DNA of 64,000 bases. It comes from a virus (taxonomy: Duplodnaviria; Heunggongvirae; Uroviricota; Caudoviricetes). The first letter of the stretch is position 1. Each line of letters opens with the position of its first letter. Made by a program: the position numbers and the translations under genes. The stretch spans positions 64,001 to 128,000 of the IMG/VR virus record IMGVR_UViG_3300032038_000014; one strand, given 5' to 3'. This document shows, piece after piece, positions 31,801-41,517 of this stretch. The notes below the pieces were generated by a model that saw only the letters and a list, made by a program, of their open reading frames with translations, had not been told where the DNA came from and did not search any database.

Positions 31801-34800
31801 TAATTTGATTGATATATTCTTTTTGTTTATTTATTAATTCTTTTTGTTTTGCAATATTTTGATCTAATAATTTAACCTTATCTCTGCCAAAAGCACGATC
31901 ATAAGCAGTATCAATTTTCTTTAATTGACCTTCAATAGATTGAAGTTGATTTTTAACTACATGATAACGCTCTTTTCCTTCATCAGGTTTTTTCATTGCG
32001 GCACGATTACGTTCAGCACGACGACCTCCTCTTCGACCGCCTTTATTATGCACTAAAATTTGTTGTTTACCTACATAATAATTATGATTTCCAGAGACTT
32101 CAAAGTTATAAACTATTTGAAGTTTTATTTCTATTTTAATTTTTTGAATTGGTAACCAAATACCAGAAGCAAAGAACAATAGATCTCCGGCGCGAAGTTC
32201 ACTTGCAGGTAACCATTGAACCATTCCCGCACGTTTTACATAAAATGGATGAATACCAGTTGTTTTTAAAATATCGGATCCAATATAAATACTATGAATA
32301 TCTGTCCACAGAGCATGAATCATTGTATCAACTACTGGACTATATTCATTTTGTTGAGTATTTTCATTATAAGAAAGAACAATATCTCCTTTTTTAATTT
32401 TTTCAATTGGGTAAAAACCTTGTAAAGTTGAAATTAATGTGCCTGCAATAAAACAACCACCTCCGCCGCCACCACCACCTGTGCGGCCAGAATTTCCTGC
32501 ACCTGCAGCTTTGCCTGCAAAAGTACTTCCTTCAATGACAGGGATTGTTACTGTAGATCCATTTTTATGAGAGTTAGCAAAATGTTCATCTACTGTCACA
32601 GTACCACCAGTTGAACCATCAAGACCTGAATAAGTCATTTCATAATGACCATCATTATCACTATCTTGTATATTATCAATTCGCACTTCTTTCATAGTTA
32701 CTTTAGGATTATAACCAATTGCTCCTAAAGCAGCGTTGACTTGATCAGCAGACATACCAGATTGAATAATCATACTGTTTAAAGCATCATAAAATGGAGC
32801 ATCTTCAATTTTTGCACCAACTTCAATATCTTCTAAACCGATTTGATTAATTGTATCAAAAACGCTATTAACTTGAGAATTCCAACTTTCTTCATCAAAA
32901 CCAAGTGGAATATTTTGTAATATTTGATTTTGAGCTAAAGCTAATCCCAAATCATCAATCGCAGTCATATCTCCTTCTGCTAAACGTTGAATTTCTGCCA
33001 AGTGTTCAGAAATAAAATCTTGACTTATGTCTTGATTGAACATATCGGATAAAACATCAGAAATTTCTCCAAGAACTTCTGGGGTTTGTAAGCCCATTTT
33101 ATTCCAATTCTTCCATTCTTTTTGAATAGCTTCAACTGCTTCAATAGTATCTTCCCAAGCTGCGGCAGTGTCTAATAAAGCCTCTTCATTTTCAGCAAGG
33201 CTATCATCTATCCAATCTAAATTTTTTGCATTTTCTCGTAAATAATCATTATATTCTTTAACTTTTGCAATATCCATATCATCTGCTATTGCAGAAGTTT
33301 TCTTTTGTTCATTTAATTCAGCTTGTTCATCTTTAATACCTTTAAGGCGTTCTTCAATTTGTTCATCTGTTAATGTATTTTTTAAATTTTGATAAGCTTG
33401 ATCTAATTCTTTAATTTGATCGGCAGTTAATTCTCCAGTATATTCTCCAGTTTTGGTATCGCGTTTTTCAAATTCTTCATTAATACGAGCTAAATGCCTA
33501 TCATTAATACCTGATTCTTCAGAAAATGCATTAACAGCACCAATTTTTGCAGATAAATCAGCATTAGCTGCAACGGCTTCTTCTCCAGTCTTACCTTGAA
33601 CAATTTGTTGATGACCAGATAAATCTTTTCCATTTTGGAAAGCTTCTAATGCCATTGCTTCATTGTTTAATTTATTAATTTTATCTGTAAAACCACCTAA
33701 TGCAACATCTCCTTCTTGTAAAGCAGCTTGTAAATCTTCTACAGAACCAGTAAACATATAAGTTCCACTTGCTGTTTTACTGAAGAAATCTTCTACATCT
33801 AAACCATACTTATCTAAAGTATCATATTCAGTTTGAGAAATTTCTTTTCCCGTACTTAAATCTTTTGTAATATCATTAACTGCTTTATATCTATCCTCTG
33901 GAGAAATTTCTTCTTCTGGAGATATAGATTGGAAAATACCTAACATATTAGCTAACTGACCAGAAAAAATTTCAGATTCCACTCCTGCTTTTTCTAAAGC
34001 ATTAGCTAAATCTTCAACATCAGCATTTTTCCAATCAATTTTATCTAACTCTTCTTCAAATTTAGCAACATCTCCACCATTTTCTTGAATGGTTTGTAAA
34101 AAATCAGTATATGCTTTTTGTTTAGAAATATCACCATAATTATTCATATAGATATCATCCATATGTTGCTTGATAGATTTCGCTTCATTTAAAGTAACAT
34201 CTCCTAAAGAATCAATCGTTTCTTGGAATAATTTTTTAGCACTTCCAGAAAGTCCTTTACTTAATTCTTTAAAATCAAAATCTTTAACACTTTGATTAAT
34301 ATCAGCTTCTAATTGATTAATTAACTCTTCTTGAGTTAATCCATACATATCAGCTAATTCCGCAATTTTATCACTATCAAGACTTAAAGCTTTTAATAAT
34401 TTATCTCCAGTTAATCCTTCAAGAGCATCTAATTCAGCTTTTGTTTTATCACCAACAAATTGACCAAAATCAAATTTATCATTTTCTTTATCATAATTTT
34501 GTATAGCAGAATCGGCAAAATCCTTAACTTCTTCAGAAGCATCACTTAAAAAAGCTCTAGCTTCATCTAGTGCGGTTTGAATATCACTTTGAGACATTGA
34601 AGCAACAATTATATCTGCTAATTCTTCTGGAGAATACCCTTTTCGACCTTCTTTTCCAACATCAAAATATAATTGATCTTTTTCTTCTCCTCTTTTAGCT
34701 GTTGGATGTGAACTTAATGAAACTCTTTCTCCTGTGACAGAAGATAAAGCTTCTTCTATTTTATCTCCATATAAATTTGCTATTGTTTGAGCTTGCACAC

Positions 34801-37800
34801 CACTATCGCCTGGATGAGAATCAGCCATTGTTCTAATACGACCTTCCCATATTGAAGCAAGTTCCGTTTCACCTTTGACTGCAGTTTCAGCATAAGCCTT
34901 TTCAGTATCATTATATTTATCTCCAGCAACTTCTTCTACCCTTATACCAGCAATAATACTAAATTTTTCTGCAGCTTTTAAAGCAGTATCAGACATAGTA
35001 TTAATATCATCTTGCCATTTAGTTAAATCTTCATCACTTAAATGAGAAATATCAATACCTAATTGTTGAAATTTTTTCTTTAAATCATCTGTATCAATTG
35101 CAGAAGATAAATCTTCTAAATTATTTTTAATAACATCTTGATATTTACTATCATAAGCATCTAAAGAAGAAAGAGAATCTGTTAAACTGCCAGATCCCAT
35201 TTCTTTAATTAAATCTTTAATACCTACAGTTAGTTCTGCTTGAGTAGCTCTATAATCTGCTAATGCTGTAGCATATTCCATATTAGATGCAGCATCATCA
35301 GCTTTAGTTTGAGCTTTATCTAAAATAGTAGAATCTAAAGTTCCATTTTCTTTAAATCCTTTAGCTAATTTTTGATAATCTTCAGTACTTAAAAATTCTC
35401 CTACATTATTAAGAGTTTCAATTGCTGCTCGATTAGTTTCTCTTAAAGCATCTCGCCACTCTTTAGTTCCTTTTGTACAATTTTCAAGTTTTTCTACACA
35501 AGAATCATAAGTTTCAATTGTAGATTTTAAATCACTTGCAGCCTGTTTAGCTTCTCCAGTTTTTTCAGTTAAATCTTCAACTGTTTGTCTTGCTCTTTCA
35601 GCTGCATTTTCTTCACTATTTAAAGCATTAACTAATGCTTTAATAATCATTATTACACTAGCAACTACAGCTACTGCGGCCGCCATTGCTGCAACATATG
35701 GTAGCATTGCAGCCAAGCCCGCAAGTCTAGCTTTTACAACTTCCCAAATTGCTGTAGCTAAACCTCCATGAGCCACAGTATCAGTTGCTGCTGCACCAGC
35801 TTCTATTAACTCTTCAGCAGCTTCTTCTCCACTAGCTGCAGCATCTGCCTTTTTAGCAGCAACACTCTGCCAACCTACAATTATTTCATCTTTTTTAATA
35901 GCTTGTAAACCAAATAAACTAGCTAATTCTTCTTTATTTAAAGCAAGTTTTTTAATTTTTTCAATATTTTCTGCTTTAAAAGCAGAAGTTAAAGACATAG
36001 TTACAATTCCTAAAGAAGTAATAGTAGAAATTAATTTATCTCCTAAAGAAAGATCTTCATTACTCCAAATAGAACCAAGAGATTTTACAGAACTAAGTGC
36101 CATACCAAAAGACATTAAAGCAGACCCAGCTGCAGTAATACCTTGACCAACTCTTTGAGATACTGTAGCTTGAAAATTAGTAAATATTTCTGTAGCCATT
36201 TGAGTTTGTTCTTTTAAAGTTCCTACTCCAGCTGCACCTTCAGCTGCTCTAGCTCCAACATCGGACATTGCTTTTGCAGCTTCTTCTACTTTTGCTCGCA
36301 ATTCATCCCAAGCTTTAGATCCTTCTTTAATACCGTTCGCCTCAGCTTGAATTTTAGTTATTTTATCAACAATTTTATCAAAACTTGTTCCAGAATTTCC
36401 TATTATAGTTGTCCAATCACTCCATGCTTGTTTTAATTCTTTAATATGAACACTACCTTCTGTAGAATTTTCTTTTAATCGATTAAAAATTGTTCCTAAT
36501 CGAGAACCTAAAATACTTTCTGCAGATTCACCTACTTCTTGAAATCCTTGTTCTAAATTTTTTAGATCAGCATTTAATTGTTTAATTGATTCTTGATTAT
36601 TACTATTCCATTTCATTCCATTCATAGAAGTTGCTAATTGAGAATCAATTTCTTGTGCTGCTCCTATTTGTTGTAATCGACCTTGTTGACCTTTAAATTC
36701 AGACTCGACAGCTTCTCGATTTCTTTTTCCATTAGTTGCAAGAACGACTTCTCGCTCTAATGCAGTAGCTTCTTTTTCTGCCTCTTGAGCAGCTTCAGCT
36801 TGCAATCTAACATTATCTCCTAAAGCTTTATTTTGATCTAATAATAATTGAGCAATAGTCTGTTGTTCAGCACTCATGCTTTCAGCAGAATTTAAATAAG
36901 CATTTTGTAAATCACCTTGAGCTTGATAACTTGCTGCTATATTAGCTCCACCAAGAGTTCCTTGCTCAACATTGGTTTTAGCTAATAAAGCATTAACATC
37001 TTGTCTTTGTTGTTCGACATATTGTTGACCACCCATCATAGCCAGTTGAAATCCAGAAGTTAATTTAGCAATTCCATTACTTAAATCTTGATTAAATATT
37101 TTAGTAATAATAGACCCTAATAATAATAAGGTTCCTTTCATACCTCCTAAACCATCAACTGCATCATCAATAACTTTTAAAAATCCTGCAAAACCATTTG
37201 CTAAACCAATAAAAAATTTATCATCTAAAATACTTTGATAAATGGCTTCCCAAGCAGCTCTTACACGTTTTTGAGCGCCTTCCCAAGATTCAGCATAAAT
37301 ATCAGCTTGTTCTTGTAAAGTTCCCTCTGCTCCTTCTGCAATAAGCACATTTTCTTTCATTTTGTCCCAATTATCCATAAGAGCAATTAAGTTAGTATAT
37401 TGTCTAACACCACCAACTGTTTGAGCCAAAGCAACTTGTTGAGCTTTAGATAATTCATTCCAACGACCACCTAAATCATTAAGAATATCATCCATATTTC
37501 TTAATTCACCAGAAGTATCTAATACTTTAACTCCAACAGCATCTAATGCTTGAGAATATTTATTAAGATCAACACCATCTTCTAAAGTATCACCAAGTTT
37601 TAAACTTTCTAATCTACTAAACAATGTTCTTAAACCAGTACCGACAGTATCTGCACTTTGACGAGTTTGTGCAGTAATTGTAGCCATAGCTGCAGTAGCA
37701 TACTCATAAGATAAACCAACAGTATCTGCTATTGCCGCGAATTTTTCTAAACCGGCAGCTATTTCTTGAGAACTTGAAGCGGTTGCAGCACCTAAAGCCG

Positions 37801-38608
37801 TAATTACATCAGCATAATATTCTAAATTTTGTGATCCATCATCAAAGTTATTCCAAATTGCAGTCATCTCTTGAGAAACTTCTTCAGCGCTTTGCCTACT
37901 AACATTAGCTAATTTAATAGTAGTTTCAGTTCTTTCTGCAATTTCTTCTTGATCTCGAATACCCTGTTGATAATAAATTAATGCGGCATCAGTATAACTC
38001 GTTGTAGTTGTACTTAATGCTTGTGCTGCTTTATTAGCTCTCTCGGCAAAACCGGCCATTTCTTCAGTTGATTGACCAGTAACAATTCGAATATTATTTA
38101 AAGATCCATTTAAATCTTGTGCATATCCATATGCTCCTTGAAGAGCACCCATAAAACCATGTAACATACTAGATGAAATTTGCCACCTAGCAGTATTTTT
38201 TAAGGTAGTAGCAAACTGACCTAACATTGTATTTGCATTTCGTAATCTAGCATCTGCATTATTAATAGAAGCAGCTAAAGACGCAAAAGCTTTATCTCCT
38301 TCTGGGCCTAATCGGCTTAATTGCTGTTGGTATTTTTTTAAAGACATACCGCTTTCAGTCATAGATTGCGTAAATTTTGTTAAATCTAATTTACCAGTAT
38401 TAACATCTGTAGCATTTTGCAATTGAGCTTTTAATTGAGTTGCTGCAGTTGTTGCTTGTTGTAATTCTTTAGTTAAAGCTAATTTACCATTATTACGTCC
38501 AGCTATATTAACTAAATTTGTTAATTGCTGTTGCAATTGCATAATTTGAGCTTTAGCTTGCCCAGTATCTGCAGTAAAAGCAAGATTAACATTCAATTGT
38601 TTAGCCAT
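28826..38608 (-). CDS. Tail tape measure protein (3260 aa) with inserted HINT domain
   Basis: TP901-type TMP N-terminus (FAERANKAAQALSTTT..., ALGAATASSSQEIA), long Ala-rich helical composition, and C-terminal FDTGGYTG...AILHKKELVLN motif. Confidence 0.92.
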   Translation of the reverse strand: MAKQLNVNLAFTADTGQAKAQIMQLQQQLTNLVNIAGRNNGKLALTKELQQATTAATQLKAQLQNATDVNTGKLDLTKFTQSMTESGMSLKKYQQQLSRLGPEGDKAFASLAASINNADARLRNANTMLGQFATTLKNTARWQISSSMLHGFMGALQGAYGYAQDLNGSLNNIRIVTGQSTEEMAGFAERANKAAQALSTTTTSYTDAALIYYQQGIRDQEEIAERTETTIKLANVSRQSAEEVSQEMTAIWNNFDDGSQNLEYYADVITALGAATASSSQEIAAGLEKFAAIADTVGLSYEYATAAMATITAQTRQSADTVGTGLRTLFSRLESLKLGDTLEDGVDLNKYSQALDAVGVKVLDTSGELRNMDDILNDLGGRWNELSKAQQVALAQTVGGVRQYTNLIALMDNWDKMKENVLIAEGAEGTLQEQADIYAESWEGAQKRVRAAWEAIYQSILDDKFFIGLANGFAGFLKVIDDAVDGLGGMKGTLLLLGSIITKIFNQDLSNGIAKLTSGFQLAMMGGQQYVEQQRQDVNALLAKTNVEQGTLGGANIAASYQAQGDLQNAYLNSAESMSAEQQTIAQLLLDQNKALGDNVRLQAEAAQEAEKEATALEREVVLATNGKRNREAVESEFKGQQGRLQQIGAAQEIDSQLATSMNGMKWNSNNQESIKQLNADLKNLEQGFQEVGESAESILGSRLGTIFNRLKENSTEGSVHIKELKQAWSDWTTIIGNSGTSFDKIVDKITKIQAEANGIKEGSKAWDELRAKVEEAAKAMSDVGARAAEGAAGVGTLKEQTQMATEIFTNFQATVSQRVGQGITAAGSALMSFGMALSSVKSLGSIWSNEDLSLGDKLISTITSLGIVTMSLTSAFKAENIEKIKKLALNKEELASLFGLQAIKKDEIIVGWQSVAAKKADAAASGEEAAEELIEAGAAATDTVAHGGLATAIWEVVKARLAGLAAMLPYVAAMAAAVAVVASVIMIIKALVNALNSEENAAERARQTVEDLTEKTGEAKQAASDLKSTIETYDSCVEKLENCTKGTKEWRDALRETNRAAIETLNNVGEFLSTEDYQKLAKGFKENGTLDSTILDKAQTKADDAASNMEYATALADYRATQAELTVGIKDLIKEMGSGSLTDSLSSLDAYDSKYQDVIKNNLEDLSSAIDTDDLKKKFQQLGIDISHLSDEDLTKWQDDINTMSDTALKAAEKFSIIAGIRVEEVAGDKYNDTEKAYAETAVKGETELASIWEGRIRTMADSHPGDSGVQAQTIANLYGDKIEEALSSVTGERVSLSSHPTAKRGEEKDQLYFDVGKEGRKGYSPEELADIIVASMSQSDIQTALDEARAFLSDASEEVKDFADSAIQNYDKENDKFDFGQFVGDKTKAELDALEGLTGDKLLKALSLDSDKIAELADMYGLTQEELINQLEADINQSVKDFDFKELSKGLSGSAKKLFQETIDSLGDVTLNEAKSIKQHMDDIYMNNYGDISKQKAYTDFLQTIQENGGDVAKFEEELDKIDWKNADVEDLANALEKAGVESEIFSGQLANMLGIFQSISPEEEISPEDRYKAVNDITKDLSTGKEISQTEYDTLDKYGLDVEDFFSKTASGTYMFTGSVEDLQAALQEGDVALGGFTDKINKLNNEAMALEAFQNGKDLSGHQQIVQGKTGEEAVAANADLSAKIGAVNAFSEESGINDRHLARINEEFEKRDTKTGEYTGELTADQIKELDQAYQNLKNTLTDEQIEERLKGIKDEQAELNEQKKTSAIADDMDIAKVKEYNDYLRENAKNLDWIDDSLAENEEALLDTAAAWEDTIEAVEAIQKEWKNWNKMGLQTPEVLGEISDVLSDMFNQDISQDFISEHLAEIQRLAEGDMTAIDDLGLALAQNQILQNIPLGFDEESWNSQVNSVFDTINQIGLEDIEVGAKIEDAPFYDALNSMIIQSGMSADQVNAALGAIGYNPKVTMKEVRIDNIQDSDNDGHYEMTYSGLDGSTGGTVTVDEHFANSHKNGSTVTIPVIEGSTFAGKAAGAGNSGRTGGGGGGGGCFIAGTLISTLQGFYPIEKIKKGDIVLSYNENTQQNEYSPVVDTMIHALWTDIHSIYIGSDILKTTGIHPFYVKRAGMVQWLPASELRAGDLLFFASGIWLPIQKIKIEIKLQIVYNFEVSGNHNYYVGKQQILVHNKGGRRGGRRAERNRAAMKKPDEGKERYHVVKNQLQSIEGQLKKIDTAYDRAFGRDKVKLLDQNIAKQKELINKQKEYINQIKANQKLDKQNLQSGSKQYWSETDSKFKSVGAGASNYLGIGAQFDDYGNLTNYDALIEQNNAKYNAAVEKYNKSTKGDKKAERAFEAAKAQYDAFNEFLKQYEETEDLLVEQQQKLQEEQNKLYDQLLEKTVLIVTLQINVEDDKLKLLDFLLKQIQDDAYKAGERIANIGKQMDSSFSKIKTYENGLKGIFENHGIKDSNVVMNQIMNGTIDPNALKAQMEKDGNTFTEAEASQMREWIEALMDEAGKMSDWLKEQVEEINTVMEENIDKLDRITDRMEFLRNVTSSYKNIVDLTGRQYMKMSSKLYDEIEKTNVKLAKEATAMAFDRKNQADQQLQYLREQYAKVQDFIRDDERIRWEQNLKEAEDYAQEMTENYYSTWADAIEAVNDRFESTMNMMAEDFSRKMAGAAENLEGLKNSFDLKKEIADVYVPEYEKMYQLTKLTRDAQKQIDESSNLKVKQELQKIQQKILDARESEVKLSQYEIDYMQKELELKAAQMAMEEAQKAKSQVRMSRDSEGNFSYVYTADEQAVEQAEEDYAAKLYEMQKLNEEYIFNLQTQLMELEDNYIAAMQEAAEIYGEGTEEYYQAIQNIQADYQEYFTALTDELNLALENQQEVSTIHADTYVALTGDVYQANADLTTSWDETTLAALTNIDTLTDYEQTWAEATADVYNTAMEAGQTWEADMADIYSAAGTTIEDFTGSTNDNLQSIADEGEDLADRMTTSVGEVEQAIESVVNSVVAFEQQWSVTVDNIVNKVTDLVSGFNKLLEVWSQIIGIGAAATRRSSSSSSSRRSSSSRRSSRRRSSRRRSSRGSGRRSGSSGSSSSSSAGSSPKASSRRRTTTRRSSSSSSRRGWRGLGYYIKKAYNNAMRSKVGRKFDTGGYTGDWSGNEGMPAILHKKELVLNAKDTENMLAAVDTVRQIADIIDINALASSGALGSLSAPSVSSSTTPVEQDVHITAEFPNATDRNEILAAFDNVINLASQYANRE
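32045..32455 (-). other. HINT (mini-intein/BIL-type) domain, 137 aa, TMP residues 2052-2188
   Basis: Block A CFIAGT..., block B TTGIHPF, block F VYNFEVSGNHNYYV, block G ILVHN. The +1 residue is Lys and there is no homing endonuclease. Confidence 0.92.
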
Positions 38609-38668
38609 CTTTTATTTGCTCTCCTTTCTCTCATATTTTTCTTTTTTATTTGCGCAAATAAAAAAAGA

Positions 38669-38705
38669 GGGTGGTTAGAGTATCTAGTTATTACTCTAAC
38701 CACCC
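38669..38705 (-). terminator. Intrinsic terminator upstream of TMP
   Basis: 14-bp perfect stem GGGTGGTTAGAGTA/TACTCTAACCACCC, then TCTTTTTTT on the minus strand. Confidence 0.8.
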
Positions 38706-38751
38706 GTACTCCTATTGTTTTATAAAAATTATAACAATAGAATGAAACTAT

Positions 38752-39279
38752 TTAGCCCAATTTAGTTAAAACATTCTTAAGCAGTTCAAGATTTTCAGGG
38801 TCTGCAATTTCTTTTTGAATCTTTTGAGCATCTAAATCAAGATTTGAATAATCTTGAACAACTGAATCTAAAATACCATATATAGAATTTCTATAATCAT
38901 AATAAGATTTAATGACATTATCAATTCCTTCAATAATAAAATTATATTCATCAGATGGAATTGCTGTCATAATTTTATTAATTATGCCATTTTCTTCTAA
39001 CAAATCATATAATTTAGGTAAATCTGATAATTGCTTTTCAGTAAAACTTAAATTACTATAGGCCCTTACCATCTCAACACTTCCTACCACATCAATTTTA
39101 ACTGGATTAGCAAAATTGTTATCATCTGCCGATCCATTAAGCACGGCCGCAATCAACGCCAATTTATCATTAATAGGAAGATATTGTAAAACTTCTACTT
39201 CTATATCATCTGTTAATTGAACTTTAACAGTTTCATTTTTCTTTTTAAGTCCAAGTTTTGAAAAACTTACTTTTGCCAT
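38752..39279 (-). CDS. Hypothetical protein, possible tail assembly chaperone (175 aa)
   Basis: Gene immediately before the TMP; RBS AAGGAGG; IEVLQYLPINDKL motif. Confidence 0.5.
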   Translation of the reverse strand: MAKVSFSKLGLKKKNETVKVQLTDDIEVEVLQYLPINDKLALIAAVLNGSADDNNFANPVKIDVVGSVEMVRAYSNLSFTEKQLSDLPKLYDLLEENGIINKIMTAIPSDEYNFIIEGIDNVIKSYYDYRNSIYGILDSVVQDYSNLDLDAQKIQKEIADPENLELLKNVLTKLG

Positions 39280-39306
39280 AATAAGCCTCCTTTTTCTCTT
39301 TTATAT

Positions 39307-39335
39307 ATTATATCATAAAAACCTAAAAAGGTCAA
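39307..39335 (-). promoter_or_regulatory. sigmaA promoter with extended -10
   Basis: TTGACC-17 bp-TATAAT with TG at -15/-14. Confidence 0.85.
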
Positions 39336-39340
39336 ATTTA

Positions 39341-40456
39341 TTAAAATAATTTCACTGGCTTTGTTGGTCCAATTTGATGTTCTAAAGCATCAAACATAGG
39401 ATTTAAAAAAGCATTACTAGTATCATCTACAGTTCCTTTAAAAGCTGCTAAATGAACATTTCTATCAAAACGTTCTAATAAATAATTTGTCAATTCTTCC
39501 TTACTTAATTGATTTGGACTACTTACTATAAATTTTGCAGTATTCATATATTGAGTAATACCTGGAGCAGCAGCTTTATTACCTTTAACAGCATATTGAG
39601 CATCATCTGTAATTACGTCTTCTTCAATAATTGCTGGTCTATTCGTAACTCCAGAAAGATAAGTCCAAAAAAACTGTTTTATTAAACCATCACTATAATA
39701 ATCTGGACTTCCAATTCCTATCCCACATAATACATCTAAATCACTTTGATGTTTTGCCATCAATGCAGCAACATATCCTTCTTTAACAACACCAAAATTT
39801 GCTACTCTTGCTAAGGCCCACTGACGTCCTTCTTTCCACATTAAAAGACCCCATTGTTTTTGACCTCCTCCAGCATGTTCATAAAAACGATTTAAACGAT
39901 TAACAGTTCCAGCATAAGCGGCTTGTGCTGTTTTAACATGAATATCACCAACTTTTTTTGCCATTTCTAATTCTAATTCTTTACTTTGATCAGCAAATAA
40001 TAACCCTACATTTTGGTAAATACGACCATGCTTATCCATGTAATCAATTAAATCAAGCATAGACATTTCAATTGTTCGTGGTACTCCAGTAGCTGAAGTA
40101 TATACAAAAACTGCTTTTTTAGGTAATTCACCTCTATATTTAGTTAACTCATCATCAAATTTAAATGCTGCAGTATATCTCCTACGAATTCTTTCTAAAC
40201 CTATTTGAGTTTTTTCATTAGCAATTTGTTCAGGATGATCAATATATTGTTTAGATTTTTGAGTTAATTGTTTCATTTTTATTCGATATTCTTCATCTGC
40301 TATTTTTTTTTCTTCTAAAAATTCAGCAGCTACTTGTTGCAATCTTTGCCAAGCTTGTTCTGAATCTACCGCACCATCTTCTGCTCCCAGCTCTACGCCC
40401 TCTTGAATTATAGATAATGCTTCTGAAGTATCTATTGGAATATTAATATTTTCCAT
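39341..40456 (-). CDS. Hypothetical protein (371 aa)
   Basis: Long ORF with RBS GAGGAG; no motif recognised. Confidence 0.55.
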   Translation of the reverse strand: MENINIPIDTSEALSIIQEGVELGAEDGAVDSEQAWQRLQQVAAEFLEEKKIADEEYRIKMKQLTQKSKQYIDHPEQIANEKTQIGLERIRRRYTAAFKFDDELTKYRGELPKKAVFVYTSATGVPRTIEMSMLDLIDYMDKHGRIYQNVGLLFADQSKELELEMAKKVGDIHVKTAQAAYAGTVNRLNRFYEHAGGGQKQWGLLMWKEGRQWALARVANFGVVKEGYVAALMAKHQSDLDVLCGIGIGSPDYYSDGLIKQFFWTYLSGVTNRPAIIEEDVITDDAQYAVKGNKAAAPGITQYMNTAKFIVSSPNQLSKEELTNYLLERFDRNVHLAAFKGTVDDTSNAFLNPMFDALEHQIGPTKPVKLF

Positions 40457-40487
40457 ATTTCTCCTCTAACTCCTCTCCACGAAAAAT

Positions 40488-40518
40488 AAGGGAGAGACTC
40501 AAATAGAATCTCTCCCTT
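40488..40518 (-). terminator. Intrinsic terminator after major tail gene
   Basis: 10-bp stem AAGGGAGAGA/TCTCTCCCTT, then ATTTTTC on the minus strand. Confidence 0.75.
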
Positions 40519-40548
40519 TAAAAATCATCTAATTAAAAGATCGTTTAA

Positions 40549-41493
40549 TTAGTGCCAAGTACTATCTCTATGAGCATCAGCCATCTCTTCATCTTTAATA
40601 ATCTGAATAGCAGCTAATACTTTCTTACTGTGGTCAAATCTTGTATAATCTGGGAATGCATCCATAGTAAATGTAAATGTACTTGGATCGCCAGAAGATG
40701 CCATAGTAAATGTGAAGTTACTTTGAATCTTACAGTTAGGAATAATGAATTCAGCTGGCATATCTTTACCATTCTGATCTCTAAATAATGTAGAAGCTTC
40801 AAGATAATAGTTTCCACCAAACTTATCTGCAGTAATCTCAATCTGTTGAGCATCAGCAGTTCTTGCAGTATAGTAATCTACAAGAATAGCATCAAATGCA
40901 CCATTCTTGATAGGATCCTTAATAGTATAAGTATGAGCAGTTTCTCCCTCTCTTAAATTAGAATAATTATCATGAGGTGCTACAAGAATTGTATTACTCT
41001 CAACCTCACCATGTACTGGAATATAAGGCTCAGAAATAATTTCACCATTTTTCATAAGCATTACATAAGCAAAGTTATCACCCTTATTAGTAGGAAGATA
41101 TGGAGCTTCACTTAAAGTAATATTAAGACCATTTTCATCAATTACTACTCTTTCATCACTAGCATCGAAAGTTTCTGTTAAATGCTGATAAACTGGAGTA
41201 GAAGCAGAAGCATCAATTAAACCAGCACCAGAAAGAATCATGAAACCTTCTGGAGAGATTAAAGCGTCTTCCATAGTGAAAGTAACTGTACGTTCACCTT
41301 CCCATGCTACTAAACGAGTGTTACCACGACCACCCTGTGCATATACAGTAGTAGCAGCACCTTCCATACTAGAAGTCTTTAAAGTATCGAAGTAAATTAC
41401 AGGTTCGTTAGCATAGAAGATTTTATCACCGATCTTTTGCGCTGTCTTAGCTTTAAGAACAACGTCGCAAATCTCACGAACACCAAATTTCAT
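40549..41493 (-). CDS. Major tail (tube) protein (314 aa)
   Basis: MKFGVREICDVV...YFDTLKTSSMEG...VYAQGGRGN.RL.AWEG, GDPSTFTFTMDAF. High-expression codon usage; followed by a terminator. Confidence 0.75.
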   Translation of the reverse strand: MKFGVREICDVVLKAKTAQKIGDKIFYANEPVIYFDTLKTSSMEGAATTVYAQGGRGNTRLVAWEGERTVTFTMEDALISPEGFMILSGAGLIDASASTPVYQHLTETFDASDERVVIDENGLNITLSEAPYLPTNKGDNFAYVMLMKNGEIISEPYIPVHGEVESNTILVAPHDNYSNLREGETAHTYTIKDPIKNGAFDAILVDYYTARTADAQQIEITADKFGGNYYLEASTLFRDQNGKDMPAEFIIPNCKIQSNFTFTMASSGDPSTFTFTMDAFPDYTRFDHSKKVLAAIQIIKDEEMADAHRDSTWH

Positions 41494-41517
41494 AGTGCAT
41501 ATTCCTCCTTATTAATT

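Noticed and set aside
32045-32455. Call as a canonical mobile intein
   Set aside because: No homing endonuclease and +1 residue is Lys rather than Cys/Ser/Thr; reported as BIL-type HINT instead.
38752-39279. Tail-chaperone programmed frameshift (gpG/gpGT type) before the TMP
   Set aside because: No slippery heptamer or extended frame; a terminator follows the stop.
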